Shown piece by piece: positions 29,388 to 44,080 of a stretch of DNA of 64,000 nt (position 1 is its first letter; each line of letters begins with the position of its first letter). This DNA comes from Eledone cirrhosa (taxonomy: Eukaryota): NCBI GenBank assembly GCA_964016885.1, contig OZ024742.1, forward strand, positions 317,812,001 to 317,876,000, written 5' to 3'. Under the pieces are notes generated by a model. It worked only from the letters and a program-made list of their open reading frames with translations, had not been told where the DNA came from and searched no databases. Both the position numbers and the translations under genes were made by a program.

Positions 29388-31247
29388 TTATACTTCTCTT
29401 AGGTCAGTGTTGTTTGTTTGGGTGTTGTTGTTGTTCCACTCATTCTTTCTGTTTAGCTTTGGTCTTCTAATTTCTATTTCACTGGCCTCTCTGATTTGCC
29501 TATCTGCTGGGTCATTCCTATGTTTAGATATTATTCTAATTTCTATGTTGTCTATGTTACCGTCATGATGTTGTCTAGCATGTTCGTATAGTACTGACCC
29601 GTTTTTTCGTCCTTTTAGTTCCCCCCAGTGTTGGTCTATCCTTTCACCTATGCTACGAGCTGTCTCACCTATGTATGTTGTTGTCGTGTTTCTACAAGTA
29701 CCCTCTGTACATCTTATGCTATAGACTACGTTTCTAGTTTTACAGTTTATCCGGGGGTTCACCTTACATATGATACATTTCCTATTGGTACAGTGGGTTT
29801 TCTTAAAAGGGTAGGTTTTGCTGATCAGGGATTTTATGGTGGTTCCTGGCTTTTCTACCACCTTTATTTTTAAGTGGGTCTTTCTCAGGGCCTTTCTACA
29901 CTGGTTAGCTAATTTCCCTCCAGGGGTGGCGTCCACAAACATGACACTCTGATATCTCTGGTTGTCGTACCATGATGTGGCCTTCCCTATCTTATGTCTA
30001 GCCCTATCTAAGCTATTCCATGATTTGCTCCTGTATAGTGGGCAAATTCCTTTCATGTCCAGTTCTATGAGGGTCTTATACTTTTCCATGGCTCCTTCGT
30101 ATACTCTGACTCTGTCTCTTTGGTTGTAGCCAGAGAACTGCATGCGGTTGATGAAGTGTTGGATGTGTCCTTCCATTTCTGTTGGGTCGCACATGCTGGA
30201 CACATTCTTCATCACTCGTACCAAATCTGCGATCAGAATATTAAACTTAGCACTACTGGACATTGCTGAGTTTTTGAGTATCAGGTATTTGGAGGCCATG
30301 GGTTTAGCATAGTGTGAGTGGAGAATTTGGGCTCTCTCGTCTATAGTGTTAATCCAGAGTTCTGTGTCTAATACAGGTAGTCTATTGTTAGGGTGTTTGG
30401 AAGGGAAGTCTATAGTTACAGTTATACTCTGGTGTATGGAATTAGCTATCTGCTGGATGCTTTCCATCGTGCTACGTTCTAAATCAAACTTGTTAGTGCT
30501 CTCTAGTGGGGGTGTTCTTATAACTATATTGATATCGTCTACATAACGAGAGTACATGATGAGGTCTATGGAGCTTTCATTAAGGAGATCTTTAAGTCTC
30601 CTTTCCCACCATACCATGAAAAGGTTGGCAACATCGCCAGCTATGCTGACGCCGATGGCTGCTCCCTCATTTTGGGTGTAGATTTTCTCATTGAACTTAA
30701 ATATGTGGCCCTTTAGGGTAGTTTTGATACTAGCCCCTATTGCATGTGCGACCATTTTTCTTACCTGATCAGTGTTTTGGGGGGTCCGTATAGCTTTGGT
30801 CCACCCAATCCACCTTCCTATGGGAGTCTTTTTAGCCATTGAGGTTATGGTGGGGGGTCTACCTCTTATAGGTCTACTAGGGCAGAAACATCTAAGGTCA
30901 TGGCTGTCTAGGTAGTCAGTGTCGTAGGTAAGTCTAAGTAGGAGGCCCAGTTCGTCTGTGTCGACGTCGCAGAACTCCACCTCACTCTCAATGATCATCT
31001 CCACACATCTTTTCACAGCAAAATCAATGTTAATGGATGGGTACAGTGACACCACATCCATGCTGCCTATTATGCAGTTGGATAGGCTCCTGTTTTTGTT
31101 GCACTCACTGATTCTGCTGAGGAGGTCCTCTGTACTTTCACATACATCTGGGGACATCTTGATTATGGGGCGTATAACCATTGAGAGGAAGTAGGAGATC
31201 CTGTAGTTGCTAGCTATATTAGCTCCGCATACAGGTCTTGTTGGTGG
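29388..31247 (-). CDS. PLE RT + C-terminal GIY-YIG endonuclease (5'-truncated mirror copy)
   Basis: Mirror of 31249-33108 with one amino-acid difference (T/I). Confidence 0.93.
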   Translation of the reverse strand, partial: PPTRPVCGANIASNYRISYFLSMVIRPIIKMSPDVCESTEDLLSRISECNKNRSLSNCIIGSMDVVSLYPSINIDFAVKRCVEMIIESEVEFCDVDTDELGLLLRLTYDTDYLDSHDLRCFCPSRPIRGRPPTITSMAKKTPIGRWIGWTKAIRTPQNTDQVRKMVAHAIGASIKTTLKGHIFKFNEKIYTQNEGAAIGVSIAGDVANLFMVWWERRLKDLLNESSIDLIMYSRYVDDINIVIRTPPLESTNKFDLERSTMESIQQIANSIHQSITVTIDFPSKHPNNRLPVLDTELWINTIDERAQILHSHYAKPMASKYLILKNSAMSSSAKFNILIADLVRVMKNVSSMCDPTEMEGHIQHFINRMQFSGYNQRDRVRVYEGAMEKYKTLIELDMKGICPLYRSKSWNSLDRARHKIGKATSWYDNQRYQSVMFVDATPGGKLANQCRKALRKTHLKIKVVEKPGTTIKSLISKTYPFKKTHCTNRKCIICKVNPRINCKTRNVVYSIRCTEGTCRNTTTTYIGETARSIGERIDQHWGELKGRKNGSVLYEHARQHHDGNIDNIEIRIISKHRNDPADRQIREASEIEIRRPKLNRKNEWNNNNTQTNNTDLREV

Positions 31248-31248
31248 T

Positions 31249-33108
31249 CCACCAACAAGACCTGTATGCGGAGCTAATATAGCTAGCAACTACAGGATCT
31301 CCTACTTCCTCTCAATGGTTATACGCCCCATAATCAAGATGTCCCCAGATGTATGTGAAAGTACAGAGGACCTCCTCAGCAGAATCAGTGAGTGCAACAA
31401 AAACAGGAGCCTATCCAACTGCATAATAGGCAGCATGGATGTGGTGTCACTGTACCCATCCATTAACATTGATTTTGCTGTGAAAAGATGTGTGGAGATG
31501 ATCATTGAGAGTGAGGTGGAGTTCTGCGACGTCGACACAGACGAACTGGGCCTCCTACTTAGACTTACCTACGACACTGACTACCTAGACAGCCATGACC
31601 TTAGATGTTTCTGCCCTAGTAGACCTATAAGAGGTAGACCCCCCACCATAACCTCAATGGCTAAAAAGACTCCCATAGGAAGGTGGATTGGGTGGATCAA
31701 AGCTATACGGACCCCCCAAAACACTGATCAGGTAAGAAAAATGGTCGCACATGCAATAGGGGCTAGTATCAAAACTACCCTAAAGGGCCACATATTTAAG
31801 TTCAATGAGAAAATCTACACCCAAAATGAGGGAGCAGCCATCGGCGTCAGCATAGCTGGCGATGTTGCCAACCTTTTCATGGTATGGTGGGAAAGGAGAC
31901 TTAAAGATCTCCTTAATGAAAGCTCCATAGACCTCATCATGTACTCTCGTTATGTAGACGATATCAATATAGTTATAAGAACACCCCCACTAGAGAGCAC
32001 TAACAAGTTTGATTTAGAACGTAGCACGATGGAAAGCATCCAGCAGATAGCTAATTCCATACACCAGAGTATAACTGTAACTATAGACTTCCCTTCCAAA
32101 CACCCTAACAATAGACTACCTGTATTAGACACAGAACTCTGGATTAACACTATAGACGAGAGAGCCCAAATTCTCCACTCACACTATGCTAAACCCATGG
32201 CCTCCAAATACCTGATACTCAAAAACTCAGCAATGTCCAGTAGTGCTAAGTTTAATATTCTGATCGCAGATTTGGTACGAGTGATGAAGAATGTGTCCAG
32301 CATGTGCGACCCAACAGAAATGGAAGGACACATCCAACACTTCATCAACCGCATGCAGTTCTCTGGCTACAACCAAAGAGACAGAGTCAGAGTATACGAA
32401 GGAGCCATGGAAAAGTATAAGACCCTCATAGAACTGGACATGAAAGGAATTTGCCCACTATACAGGAGCAAATCATGGAATAGCTTAGATAGGGCTAGAC
32501 ATAAGATAGGGAAGGCCACATCATGGTACGACAACCAGAGATATCAGAGTGTCATGTTTGTGGACGCCACCCCTGGAGGGAAATTAGCTAACCAGTGTAG
32601 AAAGGCCCTGAGAAAGACCCACTTAAAAATAAAGGTGGTAGAAAAGCCAGGAACCACCATAAAATCCCTGATCAGCAAAACCTACCCTTTTAAGAAAACC
32701 CACTGTACCAATAGGAAATGTATCATATGTAAGGTGAACCCCCGGATAAACTGTAAAACTAGAAACGTAGTCTATAGCATAAGATGTACAGAGGGTACTT
32801 GTAGAAACACGACAACAACATACATAGGTGAGACAGCTCGTAGCATAGGTGAAAGGATAGACCAACACTGGGGGGAACTAAAAGGACGAAAAAACGGGTC
32901 AGTACTATACGAACATGCTAGACAACATCATGACGGTAACATAGACAACATAGAAATTAGAATAATATCTAAACATAGGAATGACCCAGCAGATAGGCAA
33001 ATCAGAGAGGCCAGTGAAATAGAAATTAGAAGACCAAAGCTAAACAGAAAGAATGAGTGGAACAACAACAACACCCAAACAAACAACACTGACCTAAGAG
33101 AAGTATAA
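31249..33108 (+). CDS. PLE RT + C-terminal GIY-YIG endonuclease (5'-truncated at RT motif 2)
   Basis: TRPV, SMDVVSLYPSI, QNEGAAIG, RYVDD, LPVLD, CxxC linker, VVYSIRC...YIGETAR...R...H, REASEI, LN. The ORF-track start lies across the palindrome apex and is artefactual. Confidence 0.95.
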   Translation, partial: PPTRPVCGANIASNYRISYFLSMVIRPIIKMSPDVCESTEDLLSRISECNKNRSLSNCIIGSMDVVSLYPSINIDFAVKRCVEMIIESEVEFCDVDTDELGLLLRLTYDTDYLDSHDLRCFCPSRPIRGRPPTITSMAKKTPIGRWIGWIKAIRTPQNTDQVRKMVAHAIGASIKTTLKGHIFKFNEKIYTQNEGAAIGVSIAGDVANLFMVWWERRLKDLLNESSIDLIMYSRYVDDINIVIRTPPLESTNKFDLERSTMESIQQIANSIHQSITVTIDFPSKHPNNRLPVLDTELWINTIDERAQILHSHYAKPMASKYLILKNSAMSSSAKFNILIADLVRVMKNVSSMCDPTEMEGHIQHFINRMQFSGYNQRDRVRVYEGAMEKYKTLIELDMKGICPLYRSKSWNSLDRARHKIGKATSWYDNQRYQSVMFVDATPGGKLANQCRKALRKTHLKIKVVEKPGTTIKSLISKTYPFKKTHCTNRKCIICKVNPRINCKTRNVVYSIRCTEGTCRNTTTTYIGETARSIGERIDQHWGELKGRKNGSVLYEHARQHHDGNIDNIEIRIISKHRNDPADRQIREASEIEIRRPKLNRKNEWNNNNTQTNNTDLREV

Positions 33109-33357
33109 ATAAATAAGTAAATTAAATTAAATAAAATAAGATAAATAAATACATACACAAGCACATAAACACACACTAGTCACCCAGCAGACACAACACT
33201 ATACACACTAGTCACACATCACACACGCAAACGCATGCGCAAAGAAGACAAAATAAAATAAGATAAACAAACAAGCAAACAAATAAATAAATATATAGAC
33301 GGACTGAACAAGAAAAATGGCGTAGACATACAACACAACAGGAGGAACAATGAATAT

Positions 33358-33422
33358 AACACCACTGACGATGTTGCAGATGTGCAACGAAAGATTTATG
33401 TAAACTATATATATATGTGTTT
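33358..33422 (+). ncRNA. Hammerhead-like motif in PLE 3' UTR (mirror copy 29074-29138, minus strand)
   Basis: CTGACGA-t-GTTGCA gatg TGCAAC-GAAA present; stems I and III ambiguous. Confidence 0.55.
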
Positions 33423-33614
33423 GTCTATATTGTATCTGTATTATTTTATTTTTGACCGCCGGTCAGTCAATGGCAACATTGAGGACCGAGTAAGTTAGAT
33501 CGCAGATATATATATATAAAAGACAGCGAGAAGCGAAAACCAACCAAACAGTGAGTGTGTTCTGTTATTAATTCTGGCAATATTACGCAAATATGACCCT
33601 CCCCAAATATAACA

Positions 33615-35151
<1,537 letters not shown>

Positions 35152-35154
35152 TTA

Positions 35155-35196
<42 letters not shown>

Positions 35197-35423
35197 GGGT
35201 TGTGTTTGTGTGTGTGCACGGGCGTGTAAGCGTGTATCCATATATGTAATATATGCGTGTGCATGTATGAATGTGTATATATATATATATATGATATACA
35301 TATATATATATAATTGTTTCTACTTTTAGCACAGGGCCAGCAATTATATCAGTGTATTACTGGTACTTTATTTTATCAACCCCGTAAGGATGAAAGGCAA
35401 AGTTAACCATATATGTATGTATG

Positions 35424-35486
<63 letters not shown>

Positions 35487-35623
35487 GTATATGTATGTAT
35501 GTATGTATATGTATGTATGTATATATATGTATTTATGCATATATATGTATGTATGTATATATATGTATGTATGTATATATATGTATGTATGTGTATATAT
35601 GTATGTATGTATATATATGTATG

Positions 35624-35662
<39 letters not shown>

Positions 35663-35669
35663 ATATATG

Positions 35670-35811
<142 letters not shown>

Positions 35812-36325
35812 TTGTGTATGATTTTTGTTTTTTAGAAAGTCATTTTCTCGAACAGCGACATTGACCTTTGTATGGCTCTACTTAATCTAATCGATAGAGT
35901 TACTGTTCATCTTATATTTGTTGTAATTGTCTAGACGCAGGTCAGCTCTGATCAAGTAGACTTATGATAAAAAATGAAGGCTTCAGCAATGACCAACCAA
36001 TTTTATTTTCACATAATGTATTCATAAAAACATCTGGGAGATACGGGGTTCGATTTCTTGTAGCGGCCAATGGCAACTTATTTTTCCGTCTTTAACAGTT
36101 TTCGCCTTATTTTATAAGCTATTTATAGCATCTCCACGCATAGACACGCCAGTCTGATATTAACTTTATCCCCTCAACGCTTCGTAACGGTCCGTCAGAT
36201 TGGCTGCCTACATATTACCCATTGTTTTCTTTTTCTTTTTAAAAAAGGGTTACATTTTAAGAGAATTTGATTAGTGTTTCTAGAAATATGTCTACATATT
36301 TGTATATATATATATATTTATATAT

Positions 36326-36505
36326 AACGAAGGAAATGTGGTAAGGAACCAGCTGGACCATAACGCACCAGAGTACTCAATATACAGGGTAGTAGAGTGG
36401 GTAATAGGAAAATGTTTAACCCAGACAGCAGAGCTCAAACCGTTTCGACGGTTATTTAGGCCTCGAAATGGCTTGAGTTCTGCCATCGGGGTTAAATATT
36501 TTCCC
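36326..36505. mobile_element. Diverged miniature fold-back of PLE 3' end (family of 46787 HHR)
   Basis: Imperfect arms ~36407-36448 and ~36463-36504 each hold the HHR 3' half (GAAA-stem III-TC); tail on the left arm. Confidence 0.7.
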
Positions 36506-36610
36506 ATATATATATATATATATATATATAGTAATAATAATAAAATCCAAAGAGGGCTCGATAAGGATAAATATATATCAAACATATATATATATCAAAC
36601 ACATATATAT

Positions 36611-36780
<170 letters not shown>

Positions 36781-36814
36781 CATATATATATATATAAATA
36801 TATATATATTTTAC

Positions 36815-37238
<424 letters not shown>

Positions 37239-37260
37239 ATGGTTAAAGGAGTTCCATGTA

Positions 37261-37327
37261 TTTTATTATGCGCATTTCAAAAACAAACATCATCATGCAA
37301 TAATATTTGTGTTTTCATCAGATAAAA
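37261..37327 (-). ncRNA. Type I hammerhead ribozyme (inverted copy)
   Basis: Reverse complement of 38692-38758. Confidence 0.78.
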
Positions 37328-38691
37328 CAAGAGAACATGATATGAAGGCTAAAAAACACTTGTGGATAGTGCAGTTTTAAATCAACATATGAAAAGTGGT
37401 TTTAGATTGATGTGTGATATTGGGAAAAATATTTTATTTAGAGAGGGGGGGGTCGAAAGGATGAAAAGGGGAGAAGATGAGAGTGAAGGTGGAGAGGGAG
37501 AGATGGGTGATAGAGAGAAAGAGATAGTTTTTATAACTGAGAGAAGATATATTGTTTTACATAGAGAGGTTGAAAACCGTTGGAAGATAATGTATAAATT
37601 AAAAGAATTTGAAAATTAACGAAGGGAAAAATATGTACGAGGAAAAAATATTTTATTTAGGGAGGGGGGTGGAAAGGATGAAAAAAGGGGAGGAGATGAG
37701 AGTGAAGGTGGAGAGGGAGAGATGGGTGATAGAGAGAAAGAGATAGTTTTTATAACTGAGAAAAGATATATTGTTTTACATAAGAGGTTGAGAACCGTTG
37801 GAAGATAATGTATAAATTAAAAGAATTTGAAAATTAACGAGGGGAAAAATATGTACGAGGAAAGAGAGGGAGTTTATGTATGAAGATAGAGAGAAAAAGT
37901 AATAATTGCGGATGAATATTCTAACGTCAAAAAGGTGTATGTTGATAAGTATTGTGGCAATTTCAAAATTAACGAAGAGAAAAAATTATTAAGGTTTGTG
38001 TGTAGAAGGATTTGAGAAAAATAATGTGAAGTTAAAGTTTGTATATTGAAGGAATTGATAATATGTGCGAAGAAAGAGTTAATATGTATTAAAAAATTAT
38101 TAAGGTTTGTGTATTAGATGATTTGAGAAAAATAATGTGAAGTTAAGGTTTGTATATTGAAGGAGTTGATAATATGTGCGAAGAAAGAGTTAATATGTAT
38201 TAAGAATGAGTTCGTTGATGGGGAGAAAAAAATAATAAATTAAGGATGAAATTGAGATTAAAAAGTTTTATGATAGAGAGAAAAATAATAATAATTGCGG
38301 ATGAATATTCTAACGTCAAAAAAACAAATGTATATGTTATGAAGGATTTTACAAGGTGAAGATAGAATGAGGGTAATGAGTAAACAAGTATTATAGAGTG
38401 TATAATGCCCTTTGAAGTAAGGTAGGAAGATGGGTATATTTTAAAGAGGTGTATGTATATGTGCCTTTGAGAAAAGATTCTAAATTGATAAAGAATTCTT
38501 TATCAATTTAGAATCTCCCTCTCCACCTTCACTCTCATCTCCTCCCCTTTTTCATCCTTTCCACCCCCCCCCCCTCTCTAAATAAAATATTTTTCCCAAT
38601 ATCACACATCAATCTAAAACCACTTTTCATATGTTGATTTAAAACTGCACTATCCACAAGTGTTTTTTAGCCTTCATATCATGTTCTCCTG

Positions 38692-38758
38692 TTTTATCTG
38701 ATGAAAACACAAATATTATTGCATGATGATGTTTGTTTTTGAAATGCGCATAATAAAA
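38692..38758 (+). ncRNA. Type I hammerhead ribozyme with long stem II
   Basis: TTTTAT-CTGATGA-aaacACAAATAT...ATGTTTGTtttt-GAAA-TGCGCA-TA-ATAAAA. Confidence 0.8.
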
Positions 38759-38884
38759 TACATGGAACTTCTTTAACCATCTTTTGATCTTATATTATGT
38801 ATACTCCAGTCCTACAAACTGTAGAGTGCTTCTTATCCGATATCTGTATTGCTTTATTGTACTACAATAAAACTCACCTCCTAC

Positions 38885-39051
<167 letters not shown>

Positions 39052-39102
39052 TATATACATATACATATATATATACATATATATATACATATATACATAT
39101 AC

Positions 39103-39219
<117 letters not shown>

Positions 39220-39220
39220 T

Positions 39221-39470
39221 ATTGTTATACTTGGAGAGGGTCATATTTGTGTAATATTGCCAGAATTAATAACAGAACACACTCACTGTTTGCTTGGCAA
39301 TTGTTTCACCTTAGCGGATCCTCAGCTCGGATTCCGAGCTGAGGATCCGCTAAGGTGAAACAATTGTTCGTGGCATGGTGAACTAACTGTTGTGTAACCA
39401 CTTCTACCTAACTCATCCCATGGACTGAGTGTTCAACCACTACGGATATTACCTTCCAGTGTTCCACCAC
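39221..39470. mobile_element. Miniature fold-back around an HHR core, with two different tails
   Basis: Palindrome 39298-39366 (apex 39332) contains CTGAGGA-tCCgctaaGGt-GAAA-CAATTG; left tail matches ~33540-33618. Confidence 0.7.
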
Positions 39471-39487
39471 TATATATCTATATTTAC

Positions 39488-39520
<33 letters not shown>

Positions 39521-39521
39521 C

Positions 39522-39552
<31 letters not shown>

Positions 39553-39637
39553 GATATATACATATATATATACATATATACACATATATATATATATATA
39601 TACATGTAGTAATAATAATAGTAATAATAATAAATTT

Positions 39638-40404
39638 GAAGTCTAAAATCCAAAAGGTAGCATATACAGAGTACGAAAATAGACTTAGAAGAAATAGATC
39701 CCGTCGCATTTGTTGGTATAACCCACCATATAATATGGAGGTGGCACACCATTAGCTAAGATCTTTCTTTCCTTTATTACGAAGCATTTTCCCCCTACAC
39801 ATAAATATAGTAAAATTTTTAATCGAAATACTATTAAAATTTCTTACTCTACAACTCCTAACCTTGCACATAACATCACAGCTTCAAATTTAGCTAAACT
39901 ACCTAGCCGTAGGTACACGTGCAACCCTGTAGTTAGTACTAACTGTAATTGTAGGAATCGGGCTGATTGCCCCCTATCCGGGAAATGCCTCTCTAGTAAC
40001 ATTGTCTACAAATGTAAGGTTGTAACACCCACGTCCCGTAGGGCCTACATAGGGTTAACCGCCAATAGTTTCAAGCAGCGTCTTTACATGCATACCCATT
40101 CTTTTCGTTACCCTCTAAGAAGGAATATGACGTCACTTTCAGCTTATATCTGGAGTCTAAAAGACAACCACACCCAATATAAGTTACACTGGGAGATCCT
40201 AGGGTTAGATCGTATAACGATCCTAGGGCTAGATCGTATAACGGAAATAAAAGACCATGTGACCTCTGCGCCGCTGAGGCCCTGGAAATACTCTACGCCA
40301 CAGACCACATCTTAAACAAAAAATCTGAGGCAATTTCGGCTTGTAAACATAAATTGCACAAAACTTTCCTGTATTACAGCCCCACGTTATACCCTAACGG
40401 ATAG
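39638..40404 (+). pseudogene. Frameshifted PLE GIY-YIG fragment (Hydra-clade-like)
   Basis: [56 protein letters not shown]; frameshifts and a 24-bp duplication at 40195-40242; paralogous to 26093-26971. Confidence 0.88.
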
Positions 40405-41333
40405 TACGATCTATACCTGGATATTTTACGTCTTGATGTGGGAGCTAAGTATATGTTTTGTTTATTCCTTTACTTATTTGCATAGGTAAGTATATACTAC
40501 CCGTATGTTTTGTGAAGGTGCGTATACCTTCTCGTACGTATATTTGATTGTTATGGCGTATAATTTTATATATTCTGGTACATAGGGTTTGGCTATGTGT
40601 ATACGGTAGTTTTTGCGTCTGTGTGATTATGTAGGTTCGTACGTATGGTGGGTGTGTGTATATGTGTACTTCTTGTTTTAGTTGACTTACGTCTCCGAAC
40701 ATTCGTGTATTTATATGTAGGTATGTGTGTGCGCTTGTTATATACGTATTTATTTATTTATATACGTTTATATAATTACTTATTTATTTGTATACACGCA
40801 TACACACACACACATATTTATATGTGCGTGGTTTTGTATACCTATGGTAAGGTTTTGCGTATGCTTGTGTAGGTACGTTTTTGTTTGCGTGTATGTATTT
40901 ATTTATTTCTATTACTTCTGTATTGTATTTATTTACTTTGTTCTTAACTCTGTAGCGGAGATTCATTCGGTCTCCTAGTTAGAATTTTAGTCTACGACTT
41001 CTGCTATACCATTTACGTGGTTTTGTCTTTGCGTGCTATTGTTCTCCACGCTCCACATATGACGTATTATCTTCGTTTTTTCGTTCATTGCCAGAGAACG
41101 TCTCTATGCACCACCTAAGAGAACATTAGTCTACGACCTCTTTTATACCATAAACGTGGTTCTGTCTTTGCGCGTAAATGTTTTTCGCCGATCCTATTAA
41201 TGATGTATTATTCGTTTTTCCCCGTTCTTCGCCAGCGAACGTTTCCACGAACCAAAGTATCGTCTTCCTGTCTTCCTCCGGTTGCAACGTTTTTTTGTAA
41301 TATCCAGTTCTGCGTTTACAGATTGACTTTGTT

Positions 41334-41384
41334 AGTTTCAGAAGATCCCGTTAAGGGTGAAAGCAGCGATTCTTTGCTTAAACT
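41334..41384 (+). ncRNA. Hammerhead-like ribozyme with CAGAAGA (U4A) core at the PLE 3' end
   Basis: AGTTT-CAGAAGA-tCCCgttaaGGGt-GAAA-GCAgcgattcttTGC-TT-AAACT, then AATAAA and (TA)n. Confidence 0.65.
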
Positions 41385-41404
41385 TGAAACTGTTATTTTA
41401 ATAA

Positions 41405-41478
<74 letters not shown>

Positions 41479-41541
41479 TTATATATATATATATATATAT
41501 ATACATTTATATATATATATATATATATATACATTTATATA

Positions 41542-41609
<68 letters not shown>

Positions 41610-41616
41610 AAATATA

Positions 41617-41701
<85 letters not shown>

Positions 41702-41726
41702 ACATATATACATATATATATATATG

Positions 41727-42049
<323 letters not shown>

Positions 42050-42344
42050 TGAAACAAAATGAAAACGAAATTTCATTTCTCACTCTTAGTATGGCACTTA
42101 CTTAAATGTAAGTATGCATGTATACGTACATACATATATGTATACAGACGTACAGTAGCATGCACATATATATACATATATACATACATATGCATACAGG
42201 TACACATACATATATGCACGTATCAGTTTAGCGGCGCTTATTATAACGTCGCTTTGTTCGTTTGTAAACAAACTGAACAGCCTGAATTTATGCCATACGG
42301 TGTTAAGGCAACCACGTCACCTTTTTGTTCAACACTGACACAGG

Positions 42345-42389
42345 AACGATGTACTAGTTTCAAGCTTGTTAGCTATCATCAGCACCGTT
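42345..42389 (-). ncRNA. Type I HHR (also 42808-42852, 43271-43315, 43735-43779, minus strand)
   Basis: Reverse complement of 44036-44080. Confidence 0.88.
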
Positions 42390-44035
42390 TACCCATCTGC
42401 CAGATAGTTGAACGTTCGAAAGTATATACTTCCCTTATGAAAATTAAGGCTGAGCAGCCTAATTTGCATATTGAGTGAGTTAAATCGGTCAGGCATACCG
42501 AAAACGATAAATTGAAACAAAATGAAAACGAAATTTCATTTCTCACTCTTAGTATGGCACTTACTTAAATGTAAGTATGCATGTATACGTACATACATAT
42601 ATGTATACAGACGTACAGTAGCATGCACATATATATACATATATACATACATATGCATACAGGTACACATACATATATGCACGTATCAGTTTAGCGGCGC
42701 TTATTATAACGTCGCTTTGTTCGTTTGTAAACAAACTGAACAGCCTGAATTTATGCCATACGGTGTTAAGGCAACCACGTCACCTTTTTGTTCAACACTG
42801 ACACAGGAACGATGTACTAGTTTCAAGCTTGTTAGCTATCATCAGCACCGTTTACCCATCTGCCAGATAGTTGAACGTTCGAAAGTATATACTTCCCTTA
42901 TGAAAATTAAGGCTGAGCAGCCTAATTTGCATATTGAGTGAGTTAAATCGGTCAGGCATACCGAAAACGATAAATTGAAACAAAATGAAAACGAAATTTC
43001 ATTTCTCACTCTTAGTATGGCACTTACTTAAATGTAAGTATGCATGTATACGTACATACATATATGTATACAGACGTACAGTAGCATGCACATATATATA
43101 CATATATACATACATATGCATACAGGTACACATACATATATGCACGTATCAGTTTAGCGGCGCTTATTATAACGTCGCTTTGTTCGTTTGTAAACAAACT
43201 GAACAGCCTGAATTTATGCCATACGGTGTTAAGGCAACCACGTCACCTTTTTGTTCAACACTGACACAGGAACGATGTACTAGTTTCAAGCTTGTTAGCT
43301 ATCATCAGCACCGTTTACCCATCTGCCAGATAGTTGAACGTTCGAAAGTATATACTTCCCTTATGAAAATTAAGGCTGAGCAGCCTAATTTGCATATTGA
43401 GTGAGTTAAATCGGTCAGGCATACCGAAAACGATAAATTGAAACAAAATGAAAACGAAATTTCATTTCTCACTCTTAGTATGGCACTTACTTAAATGTAA
43501 GTATGCATGTATACGTACATACATATATGTATACAGACGTACAGTAGCATGCACATATATATACATATATACATACATATGCATACAGGTACACATACAT
43601 ATATGCACGTATCAGTTTAGCGGCGCTTATTATAACGTCGCTTTGTTCGTTTGTAAACAAACTGAACAGCCTGAATTTATGCCATACGGTGTTAAGGCAA
43701 CCACGTCACCCTTTTTGTTCAACACTGACACAGGAACGATGTACTAGTTTCAAGCTTGTTAGCTATCATCAGCACCGTTTACCCATCTGCCAGATAGTTG
43801 AACGTTCGAAAGTATATACTTCCCTTATGAAAATTAAGGCTGAGCAGCCTAATTTGCATATTGAGTGAGTTAAATCGGTCAGGCATACCGAAAACGATAA
43901 ATTGAAACAAAATGAAAACGAAATTTCATTTCTCACTCAATTTAACTCACTCAATATGCAAATTAGGCTGCTCAGCCTTAATTTTCATAAGGGAAGTATA
44001 TACTTTCGAACGTTCAACTATCTGGCAGATGGGTA

Positions 44036-44080
44036 AACGGTGCTGATGATAGCTAACAAGCTTGAAACTAGTACATCGTT
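44036..44080 (+). ncRNA. Type I HHR (also 44499-44543, 44959-45003, 45419-45463, plus strand)
   Basis: AACGGTG-CTGATGA-tAGCTaacaAGCTt-GAAA-CTAG-TA-CATCGTT; stem I extends via GGG/CCT and CTGGCA/TGTCAG. Confidence 0.88.

Noticed and set aside
31207-31289. N-terminal MLAILAPHTGLVG of the 633-aa ORFs
   Set aside because: Antisense read-through across the palindrome apex, not a real start
33109-33400. SECIS element / selenoprotein (Naiad-type) PLE
   Set aside because: No in-frame TGA in the ORF, the endonuclease is C-terminal, and the ATGA...GA candidate lacks proper helix length and an AA loop
42059-43404. Repeated 139-aa ORF as a tandem gene family
   Set aside because: Antisense to the HHR, partly microsatellite-derived, and frameshifted in several units
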